Shown piece after piece: positions 43,914 through 54,280 of a stretch of 64,000 nt of DNA. Every line of letters starts with the position of its first letter. Within the stretch, counting starts at the first letter, position 1. Below the pieces are notes generated by a model. That model made no database searches, was not told the DNA's origin, and worked only from the letters and a program-made list of their open reading frames with translations. The DNA lies in assembly GCA_977018835.1 (NCBI GenBank), contig OZ361259.1, positions 3,596,001 through 3,660,000 on the forward strand, read 5' to 3'. Source of the stretch: Minutocellus sp. GHC0000111 (lineage: Eukaryota). The position numbers and the translations under genes are program-made.

Positions 43914-44957
43914 ATGAATCTCGAACACGCTCGAAAGACCGGCCGAGTGCTTGGCATCGGCGGTCAGAGCCGACGGCTGCACAAAGTGGCGCCAGATGCG
44001 CAGAAGCAGCAGAATCGGCATCGACAAGTCGATGCCAAGCACTCTAAGCCTACATTGTGGAAATCCACGGGAAACGAGACCATTGGTGAATCGAATCTTT
44101 CTCATTTTGCCAGAACCGATTCATGTGAGGGAACCGATTTATCGAAGGCAGGGAAAGCATCCTGTCCACAACATCACAATCTAGTGCCCGAACGCATGCC
44201 GCCTGCTTCGTTAATGAAGATTGCCACCTTGGAAGAATCCCTGCACAAATACAGTGGCAACAAGCGTGGCTTATTCTCAACCATGGCATCGAAACATCCA
44301 AGACGTACATGTAGGTCAAGTATCGATGATGACGATGGTGATGATGATGATGCTTCATCTTCCTGTGCCGATACATGTAAATCCATTCGTTCGTCCAACC
44401 GATCGTGTGGCCTTGACAATTTAGTACAAGCCGCCGGCCAGAGCATGAATGTTGTATCCACTCCCTCCCATTCACCAAATCAACACCACCATAGCGGATG
44501 GCGCCATCAGCCTCCTTTTCACATCAGACCAACTCGATCTAGATCGCTTTCGCTGGAGGAAGTAAATCGAATTTGTCCTGAAGATTGGAGCCTTCAAAGG
44601 AGAAGGACGAAACAGCATGCACAGCATGCCAAAGAAAAATCTATCCAAGACGGGAAAACGGCGTGGCTACCACCACGATATGTAGATAAAGATATTCAAT
44701 TTGGCACCGTTCAGTTCCGATACTACAACGAGCCAGTTCCCTCCAAGCAATGCACAATATCTGCTATAAACTGGATCGCCGTCTATGACGAAGATTCGCC
44801 AGTGCCGCTAGAGCAATATGAAATGTCTCGTCCTCCGCGGCGTCAATTATACCAGGGCAGGCAGGAGTCCTTTGCGTACAATTTGTATAGAGAGCTATGC
44901 GACGCCCGGAATAACACCTACATTCTTTCAAAAATCACATCGCCTCAATCAAACTGA
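43914..44957 (+). CDS. Hypothetical low-complexity protein (diatom-type V/IxFxxVxxRxY family)
   Basis: 347-aa ORF; IQFGTVQFRYY..LEQYEMSRPPRR. Confidence 0.55.
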   Translation: MNLEHARKTGRVLGIGGQSRRLHKVAPDAQKQQNRHRQVDAKHSKPTLWKSTGNETIGESNLSHFARTDSCEGTDLSKAGKASCPQHHNLVPERMPPASLMKIATLEESLHKYSGNKRGLFSTMASKHPRRTCRSSIDDDDGDDDDASSSCADTCKSIRSSNRSCGLDNLVQAAGQSMNVVSTPSHSPNQHHHSGWRHQPPFHIRPTRSRSLSLEEVNRICPEDWSLQRRRTKQHAQHAKEKSIQDGKTAWLPPRYVDKDIQFGTVQFRYYNEPVPSKQCTISAINWIAVYDEDSPVPLEQYEMSRPPRRQLYQGRQESFAYNLYRELCDARNNTYILSKITSPQSN

Positions 44958-45853
44958 TTATCAATTATCAAGACAATCGTTGGAGCAAGCGATACCAAGC
45001 GATAAAACTAGAACTGCCACAGGTCATGCTTCGGGTCGCTCCATGTAATAGTAACGTGTATCATACCGTGTAAACTCATTTTATTGATTAGTTATGCATT
45101 CAATTTCCATAGAAAGTCACCGAGTAACTGACGGCAACGACATTCGGTCTTTTATGTAAGTCGTAACAGAAAGATAAGCGCCGATTTGATTTTTATCAGT
45201 ATAATCTTTGGATAGAATCGAGCATAATGCAAACCACCCACAATGATTTGGAAAAATCACGAATGATTCGATACCTTCGTGACATCATGACAGTCACGTC
45301 AAACTTTCACTTCTTCCTGATTTGATGAGATAGTTTCGCAAGAGCCACCGAAAGGCCGAATGATATACAGACGCTGGCTGCAGGCCAAAGTTCGTGGTTT
45401 TGAGGCATTCATGCCCCAAAATCCAGTACAAACAAAAACGACGGACTGCACAAAATAAATGATCGAAGTGGCGTCGTGCCCGAGCGCACAGATACGAAAT
45501 TCCTACCAATCAATGCAACATGCGGCATCATTCCGACGGACAACCAAAATCATTATTCATCGTCGCCGACGGGAAGAAATATGCAAGATGTTTGGGTAGC
45601 AGAGAGCTAAAAGCTCTTGGAACGAACAGCGACAGCCATTCACTTCTCTCCGTTGTCGCTATCGACAAATTCCTGAAGAGCAAGGTAGTCTCCGCCACTT
45701 ATCAGCACGTGTGAGTTTGGTCTAGCATGGCCTAGCTCGCTAGAACCAAAGGTCCATAGATGCTCTTCTATCCCACAGGCATTATCCGATCGGCCACCGA
45801 GATCTGTGCGTGACGTCTCAGATCTTCCCCTGAGCACATACTATACAGATATC

Positions 45854-46813
45854 CTACCGCTTGAAAGGACCGTACTGATAGTATTTCGGGTAGCTATCAA
45901 GTCGCACGTGCAACCAGGCAACGCCCATGCCCGACGTTGAAAACCAAGTCCTTCCACCCGTGGTTCTTCGTTCTTGGACGGTCCTCAAGTATTCCGACGC
46001 AGACAATTGCCACATATCGACGATCTGACCTTCATCGGCACCACGGACGAATGCGGCAAGATGAGAATACACCTTGGGTTGTCTCGTACGATCATCACTC
46101 ATCCTCCTTGGAGCGATCAATCGAGCATCTCCGCCCAAGTTGTCGAATGCACAGCACGCTTGCTTTTCCTCGCATTTGCCAAGATGCTCCGCAAAGGCAT
46201 ACTGGTCAGGATTGGATTCGGCAAATCGCGCCAACGACGGGGCATTGACCAACGCAAATTCAAAGGGCATTGTGGAGATTGTAGAGGTATCCACTCCTGG
46301 CATCTCGAAGAAGACCCCGTCGAAGGCCGAGTCCGATATGAGGGTTGATATATCGTTTGCCATCTGTGTGGATTCCGACGTGTCTTGCGATAGTATCGTC
46401 ATGCCCTCCTCCATGCTGACTGATGTGCCATGTGACGTCGATTCTGCTTCCCGTGCGTCTCTTCTTTCCATCACGAATCTCAATACCTCTGCATCGGACT
46501 GGCCGGAATCGACTCTCCCATAACGAAAGCTTTCGTTGGTCGAACTCATTTTGGTAGTACCGCTGCCGGTTTGCTTGGTAATGTCGTCGGTTGGGTCCGA
46601 GTAGAACAGCGCGCCGTGACCAAGATACAGCAAAGATACCAGAAGGAATGCCAGTCCCAGAATGGCGTATCCGTATATCTCCTTGGCGGCGTCGCCATTG
46701 AACGAGGCGTGCGGTGCGGTTGAAGTGCGATTGGTTTTGGTTTTGTTGTTGTACATGTACCGAGAAGCAGATGCGGACGATGATCGGGCGTTGGTGGCGG
46801 CGACGGTGGTCAT
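45854..46813 (-). CDS. Conserved hypothetical protein (DUF6940-like) with an N-terminal TM helix
   Basis: FFEMP..PFEFALV..FAEH..FDNLGGDARLIAP..YSHLAAFVR..WFSTSGMGVAWLHVRLDSYPKYY; family name is from recall. Confidence 0.7.
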   Translation of the reverse strand: MTTVAATNARSSSASASRYMYNNKTKTNRTSTAPHASFNGDAAKEIYGYAILGLAFLLVSLLYLGHGALFYSDPTDDITKQTGSGTTKMSSTNESFRYGRVDSGQSDAEVLRFVMERRDAREAESTSHGTSVSMEEGMTILSQDTSESTQMANDISTLISDSAFDGVFFEMPGVDTSTISTMPFEFALVNAPSLARFAESNPDQYAFAEHLGKCEEKQACCAFDNLGGDARLIAPRRMSDDRTRQPKVYSHLAAFVRGADEGQIVDMWQLSASEYLRTVQERRTTGGRTWFSTSGMGVAWLHVRLDSYPKYYQYGPFKR

Positions 46814-47013
46814 CAATAATACATGTATATGTGTTTTTATTTTGGAGCCCAAGGGTGAGATCACTGCAATCGTATGTAGCCAATAATGAAACAGCTACCC
46901 CAGCAATCGTAAAGCCAATGATAAAACAGCTACCCCAGCATCCGGCCAGCAGTGCTTTCGCCCGATGGGACCAGCGAAGCGCTCTTCGACGGGGCCGGGA
47001 GTTTTTGCTTGCC

Positions 47014-47862
47014 ATGATGAGCAGAGATGGTTGGGGGACATTGGTATTTTCCAGCAGCGCAGCGCAGCATAGCAGGGCAGCAGATGCCGATACCGTCGAA
47101 AGATTTGAGCACAACACTCTGTGCCGGTCAAGGCCAACAGGCAAGTCAGAAGCCAAGGCCGATCAGTTCCGCCATATATTGTTGGTCATGGCGTCCGCTC
47201 AGCCCCTATCGGCATTTGCTCTGGTCGAGTCGGCCCTGCTGACCCTCTCGGGGGACGGCGGCATCTTCAACAGATGCCTGGAGTATTTGGGTGACACGCC
47301 GACCGTCATCATGGGTTTGCTTGATGGTGAGGCAGACGACGGGGAAGAAGATGGCTCTACCGGTGCCGCCGGTTCCATCTGGTCGCATGACGTGTCGTTC
47401 ATGGACGCCTTCACCCTCGCATCTCTGGACATGACGTGCCGCGATGCCTACTTTGCCGACAGTTTCAAGACGGCCGATCGGTGGGTGGAGTGGGACCAGA
47501 TGCAGTTCGAGTTTGCCACTAACTCACCGACCGTCTTTTGCCAATATAACTATGTGGACAGGAATTGGTACTCGAGGCTGTATGTGATGCCCCGTCACAC
47601 GGGGCCTGACTTAGTCCCGATTGCATTCGAGAGGGACGGCAAATCGCGTTACAGGATTCTGAATTGTGCCTCCGACCATCTTTCTCTGATGTATCTGTGT
47701 GACATTAGAATGTTCAACCGAGGCCCCGGGGCTCGTGTTATACCCGAGCACAGGCGCGCAGATTTCTGCCACTGTCCTATTGGCGCTGCCATGGGCGCCA
47801 AATGCGGATGGAGAAAAATCCCGGTGCGTTGCAGGCAGGGCGTTGTCGGGTGCTACCTGTAG
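47014..47862 (+). CDS. Hypothetical protein
   Basis: Long ORF with coding-like composition, divergent from the preceding gene; no recognised motif. Confidence 0.45.
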   Translation: MMSRDGWGTLVFSSSAAQHSRAADADTVERFEHNTLCRSRPTGKSEAKADQFRHILLVMASAQPLSAFALVESALLTLSGDGGIFNRCLEYLGDTPTVIMGLLDGEADDGEEDGSTGAAGSIWSHDVSFMDAFTLASLDMTCRDAYFADSFKTADRWVEWDQMQFEFATNSPTVFCQYNYVDRNWYSRLYVMPRHTGPDLVPIAFERDGKSRYRILNCASDHLSLMYLCDIRMFNRGPGARVIPEHRRADFCHCPIGAAMGAKCGWRKIPVRCRQGVVGCYL

Positions 47863-48156
47863 AATAGAACTACGAGTAAGCCTGACGACTGCCTGGCGAC
47901 TGCCTGCCTGCCCGCCTGCCAATGATCAGAAGGTAGCAGTATTAATAAACGAATTGATATTGAAATTGCCCTAGCTAGAGTTGCTTCTATCTACCTGTTG
48001 ACTAAAACTATCATGACTGATGACGACCGGATCCGTGCCGTGTCGACGGATGCGACCGAGGGAGTACCATATCCATCGGTCGGTTCATCGGTCGGTCGGT
48101 CGGCCCGGCGCTGTTCACCGATATTATATAAACTCTCCTCTTCTACGTAGCTAGAT

Positions 48157-49345
48157 CTACGTCTCCATCTTGGTGGGTGCCTCGTCGTCATCTCCACCTC
48201 CATCACCATCACCTCCATTGCCATTCCCACCCTCCAACTCCAACCTATCCAAGTAGGGCTGCAGCTCGGCCCCCTCCATGAGCCGAAAGGCCTGGTCCTG
48301 CCCCACGATGCCCACGGAGGCATTGTCGGCGGTCAGCCCCTCGGCGTTGCCCTTGGCCTTGGCCTCCTTGTCGTCGGTGGAGACGCAGCCGGCCAGGGCG
48401 CGGAGGGCGTGCATGATGAGGTCATCTACCGAGGCATCGGCGACGGAGTCTCCGTAGTGCTTTTCCAGGTAGGTCCGGCCGGATTGGGACCGGGCACCGA
48501 TGGCCGAGGCGTAGTACTCGTAGACGTTGCCGGAGGGGCAGGTCTGATAGAGGTGGGGTCCGGTCTTGTCGTAGCTGGCGACGAGGAGGCCGACGCCGTA
48601 CGGTCTGCGGACGTAGGTTTGGGTGGTGCGCTGGTGGCGGTCGGCCAGGTCGGTCATGAGCCGGCCGGTGGGCATGTCGGTCCCGTAGACGTACTTGTGG
48701 TTGAGGCATTCCGAGCGCATCCACTTGGCCAAAGTGCGGGCGTCGGCGGTGAGGCCGGCGATGCCGACGCCGACGTGGGCGTCGATCTCCAATATCTTCT
48801 TCTGGTGGGCCGACAGCTCGGAGACCGACCGCTTGAGGGCGCCGATGACGGCGTGGGTCGAGGAGCGGATGCCGACGCACGCCGATCCCTCTGTTGTAGT
48901 TAATGAGAGGTGAGGTGGAGGGTTGTTGGAGGTGGTGGGGGTGCAGATAATGCAGATATTAGACAAAAAGGCCGCCATGGAAGGCCGTGGAAGCGCAAGG
49001 AGAGCAAAGGAGAGGCGGAGGAGGGTGAGAGAGAAGCGACGGCAGGCAGGCAGGCAGGCACCGACGATTACTTGTGCAGTTAGACGAACAAACGAAGCAA
49101 TACCACCCAATCATATTGCGCTATCAGCCGACGGCCGAAGATGCATCGGCACAACCGCCGCATCCTCCGATCCCGACCCCGACCCCGGCACCGACCAAAA
49201 AATGAGAGGCTGCCACAGCAATGAAAATCAAAAACGAAACGAAACGAAACTCACGCTTGACGGACTCCATGGCGTACTCCACCTGGAGGAGGCGGCCCTC
49301 GGGGGACCACACCGTCACGTCCGTGTCGTACTGGTTGCGGAACAT
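48157..49345 (-). CDS. PSMA1: 20S proteasome subunit alpha type-1 (alpha6); exons 49345-49255 and 48890-48157
   Basis: [67 protein letters not shown]; in-frame GT-AG intron. Confidence 0.97.
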
Positions 49346-49746
49346 GCTATGCTGGCCTAGATGCTAGCTGCTACGTAGCTGGGGTGAATAATAGCGGCCC
49401 CAAAACCTTGCCCGGTCGGCCGCACAGGCCTGAATCGCAAAAAGGCAAGCGGTGAGGGCTAATCACAAATATCTGCATCATTTCGAAAGCTCGTGACCTG
49501 GCGACCTTCTTTCCCGAAGATGCCCGTCGACGTGTCGAACAAATCCTCCGACATTAGCCAAATCCTCCGGCACCAGCCCAGGCTGGCGATGCTGGCATCA
49601 GCATTTACATGTACCTAGGTATTGGACAGCGGCAAAAGTTAAGAGCGAGGCATTCATTTAATTTGCAATCCAGACGACGAGTGAGTCATTGTGTCGTATC
49701 TCTACTTGCACCTCTGGACAACCAAGTACGGTCTTGACTTTCCAAA

Positions 49747-51899
49747 ATGAGCCCCTCACCAGTTGCCAACAAAACACGGCCACAAGCACGACGACGACAC
49801 CAAGATTCTTCACAGTCACATTCGTCACAGTCGGCACAAGTACTACTAGTATCTAGTAGGCCTACTAGTACCAAATCTTCCGAGTGCAGGAACTTTCATA
49901 ATACGCGACGATCAACAAAGCAAAAACCAAACAGCTCTTCCTTCTCAATGTTGCTTGGGGTCGTCGCTATCTTGTCGTCATGTGTACATGTACATGTCAC
50001 ATATGCCTTCCAGCGCCAATCGCATTTGCTGAGTGGCATAAATGCATGTACCCCCCTTCCCGACGGTTCATCACAAAAACATGATATTTATGGAAATAAT
50101 CAACAACAGCACCACCGACGCCACCAACATGCACGTGCACGTGCACGTGCATCGCCAACACTCCTCAACGCAGTGAGCAAGCGCCAGGTATCTGTCCTCG
50201 ACGGGGCGGAACTGTATTCCGTCGAGAGCTTCCTCGCGGCAGAGGAGAATGGATCCAACAATGACAAGCCACCACCCCGCAGCGGCTTGGCTCGATTGGG
50301 ATTCCTCACCGTGGTTGCCGGAACTGTGGGGGATGAGGGCGATGCACCATATTCTGGAAAGCGCGTCGTTGGGGTGGAAATTCCGGCTGGTGCGAGCAGT
50401 GAAGACAGCAAATCGTCAGGAATTTCGCTCGGCGGTGGCGTCAACCTCCACAAGGACTCCGTGGCAACCATTCCCGATGCCATATCCGATGCAGATGCAA
50501 TTGCCACCATGATGGCGTCGTTATCGGCAGTGCACTGCGCGTTGCCCATTTCGGAAAATATCGGCGGAAGTTCCGATGCCACCATCATCAGCGGCAAGGC
50601 AGTCGTTGTCGGAGGAGGGGAATACGCCACCTTTGCGGCCGATGCACTTGCCACTCTTGGCGCCGATGTGTTTCAGATCAGTACTGGCAAGCCAAATCCG
50701 AAAAATCGAAATGGTGAGTTGCGTACAATCGCGTGGGCGCTGGAGATTATTGGCATTCATAATAATTTGCTTCGTTTCAATCTATTCATGCACTCATTTA
50801 TCTCACCAACATCAATTCTGTAATCATCCCAAACCAAATCCAACGTATAACAGTCAAGGTACTGCCTCCCTGCATAGGGCCAGACGATACTGGATTCTCG
50901 GAGTACATTGATACCTTTGATTGCCTCGTCGATACACTGGCCGAGGAACCACCGTCGGTCATCACCGAGCTCAGCCGGCAGCACAACTGTGAGCGGTATG
51001 TTTCTACGTATAGCAAGTCACAGCAGATCATCCGAGACAAGGGCATATTGTTTGGTCGGGATGCGGCCAAGCAGTATGTGGTGGACGCCGCAACGAATTC
51101 CCTCTTGAGTGGAAGTACAAGTAGCGCCAATGTCAATTTGGTGCCGCCCAAGGGATTTGGGACGCAAACGGTACAGAAATTACTGGATGCTGGAGTTGTG
51201 TATTGGCCTCGTGATCAGAAGATGACAAACAAGGACGTGTTTGTACGAGAGTGGAGTCTGAAAGATTTTTGGGAATTCACCTCATGGCCACGTGATGCCG
51301 ATGGGGAGGGCAATACCAGATACGGACTACCCGTTCTGGACACGGAGGATTTCGATCTGGTATATGCCATGTCGTTGGCGGAAGATGAGGCCAATGCAAT
51401 GGCGGAAGAAGGGAGTGGTAGCGGGGATGAGGAATCCATGCCATCACTTCGCCGTGTCGCACCTAGCCAACTATCGCGTGGAGCCGCCGACAATCCGTAT
51501 GTAATGGATGTCAATGGCGTGGAGGGTCTCAATCGCCAGATTGTCGGTCCGCGAAAACACGCCGTTGTCTTTTGCAGTGCGTCGTGGTGCCGCACTTGCC
51601 GATCGCTCAAGCCCAAGTATACCAAGATCGCAAGAGAAGCCGGTGATGACAACGGTGACAACGGGAAAGAAGAGATTACGTTTGCAGAAGCTGATACCAC
51701 AGGCACCCAAGGCAAGATTCTTTCAAGATATCTTGATGTTGAGGCGGTGCCTGCTTTTGTTCTCTTCAAATCTGGAAAAATCTACGGCGAGCCGTTATCG
51801 ATATCTCGGCTACCATCCAAGAAACTCAATCTGGCGGTCGAGCTTCTCCTTTCAGGTCAAGAGTACGATGCCGAAGCAATTGATGCGCTGGAGCGATAA
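49747..51899 (+). CDS. Probably plastid-targeted protein with a C-terminal thioredoxin-like domain (WCRTC); intron 50714-50853
   Basis: The splice joins ORF 49747 to the frame of ORF 51048; VVFCSASWCRTCRSLKPKY..VEAVPAFVLFK; signal-like segment ending TYAF. Confidence 0.8.
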
Positions 51900-51988
51900 C
51901 TTAAACAAGACTGCATATGATTTATTTTCTAACAGGTAGTTCATGACCGATCTGATACAAGCCCATGTAGAAAATTGTCATTTTGATG

Positions 51989-52341
51989 TCCAGATATGGT
52001 TATCCAGATAAGGTTATCCAGATAAGGTTATCCAGATAAGGTTATCCAGATAAGGTTATCCAGATAAGGTTATTCAGATAAGGTTATCCAGATAAGGTTA
52101 TCCGGATAAGGAGGTTATCCAGATAACTGTTGTCCAGATAAGGTTATCGATAACAGTTGTCCAGATACGGTTATCCAGATATGGTTATCCAGATAAGGTT
52201 ATCCAGACAAGGGTATCCAGATATGGTTATCCAGATAAGGTTATCCAGATAAGGTTATCCAGATATGGTTATGAGATTATCCAGATATGGTTATCCAGAC
52301 CAGATACATGTAAGGTTATCCAGATAAAGCTATCCAGATAA
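51989..52341. repeat. 14-bp minisatellite (GGTTATCCAGATAA)n, roughly 24 units
   Basis: Visible tandem array with variants (GATATGG, TCCGGA). Confidence 0.95.
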
Positions 52342-52488
52342 AGTTGTGTAGCTAACTGCAGAGCACGAACTCAAATGGAGCTGCTTGATGGTCTCAGAAT
52401 AGAGCCATTTGAAGAGCTCACAATATGCACGGAAAATCATGAAAACATATCAAGGACTTCGTGCAAAATTATAGATATCATCCGGACC

Positions 52489-53795
52489 TTAGAACCAACC
52501 GCTGTTCAAATCACCGGAGTTTCCCGTCTCCTTCAATTTATCGTTCACACTTGGCTTGGCGGCCTCCTTCTCTTCCTTCTTGTCGGCTGCCTCCTTCTTG
52601 TCGCCGTCACCATCACCGCCCATGTCCGGCATCTCATCGGCGCCGGCATCCTCCTCGGCCTTCTTCAATTCCTTCTCGCCGGACTCCAACTTTTGCTTGA
52701 CCATCTCCTCCATCTCCTTGCGCTTTTCGGGATCCTCCATGGAATCCTTGGTCTTCTTCATGGCCCCCTGAAAGTCGTTCGACTGCATAATTTGCTTCAT
52801 GTAGGCCTGGAAGTTGGGGTCCTGCATCATCTTTTGCGCCTCCCGCATCATTTCGGGATCCTGCATATCCCTCATGAGCTGGGCGAGTCTGTTGAACGAT
52901 GATGTGGGTGAGTGAAAAGGAGAATAAAGGAAGATTAGTTTTTTTGTGTCGTTGAGAAAATGAAGTAGCGAGTCTGGGCGTACCCTAACAGTATGGAAAA
53001 TTCAAAAGCGACAAAGGTCCCGAGAGTTTCCGAAATAAGTCCGGGGATGAAGTTGCTTGGGATGGCCACTATGCGATGCGGAGCATTAATCAAAAACAAT
53101 CAAGGCCAAAACCGAAAGATACCATCACCTGCGAGCTCCCGGCACGTTATTCGGTGCACAACGACGCAACCCTCGATTTCACCATCCGGTGACGATATTT
53201 TTATCTTCACCGGCTCAACTCGGCACAGAAAATTTGCTGTCGCTTCTTCCACACAATCACAAAAAAATATCAATCTCCGACGACGCCCAGCCATGTCATA
53301 CAGAGCTGCTACCCGATTACCCGATCGCCGACGAAAGAAAATAATCACCCAAAATCCAAACACAACACAACACGACACCTCCCGCGAGTAGAGTACAATG
53401 TGTGCTTGTCGACCAGAGTCAGAGTCGAGTCAAGTGGACGCGGATTATTATTTGTCCTGCCAGCCATGCCACAACCATTTCCTACCGGCCCATCCATTGT
53501 ATCCCGATGAATTGGACTGACATTGTGCCATCGCATGGATGCATGTGTGGGTATCATTGGAAAATAAATTCTATGAAGCATGCACCGCAACGGCCGAGCA
53601 CAATACATGTACAATCCTTCGCCTTTGAAACCTGATGACTGCCGGAGTCAGCCATGCCAGACCATGAACTGTCCCCCCGAATGATGCAATGCTAATACAT
53701 GTACGACGACACGACAAGAACATTCAAAAATTCAGCAATCAAATTTGGCAGGTTAGCCATTTAGGAACTCACTGTGCGTTGTTCATACCGGCCAT
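52489..53795 (-). CDS. Small STI1/DP-repeat protein; exons 53795-53773 and 52888-52489
   Basis: MAGMNNAQ|LAQLMRDMQDPEMMREAQKMMQDPNFQ; the 884-bp GT-AG intron restores the frame. Confidence 0.65.
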
Positions 53796-54280
53796 GGTTG
53801 CTTTAATCGTCTTCTTCCTGCTGGGACTTGTCGGTTTCGCCTTCTAGCCTTGCTTGTATTGTCGATCTCTTCGTCGCGTCTCTTCCCATGCTGCTTCCAT
53901 GCATGTCCACGGACGTCATTCCTCCGGGTGTTTCCGTTTCCGCGGAGCTTCAACTTCCGGGTTTTTCTTTTTTGATCCTCGCCAGCATTCGGAAATCCAG
54001 GAAAGGCCCCGCCGACCTCTCATTTCTCGAGCGAGAGGCGAGACGAGAGGACTCGACTCCTCGACTCTGAGCCGAGCAGTGGCCGTCCAGTCAGGAGCGA
54101 GGCAGACGCAAGGGTGTAGTTGCGGCAGTACATAGTAGAGCTCCTGCTGCCTACCGGTATCTTGTGTTCTTGTGCGTTGACGCTTCTACCTGTTGTATTT
54201 GCATCCGCCTGACTACCAACCCTCCAATATTGAAATAGAAATTTCTAAATTGGAACTTATAACTGGTTGTCACCATCGCC

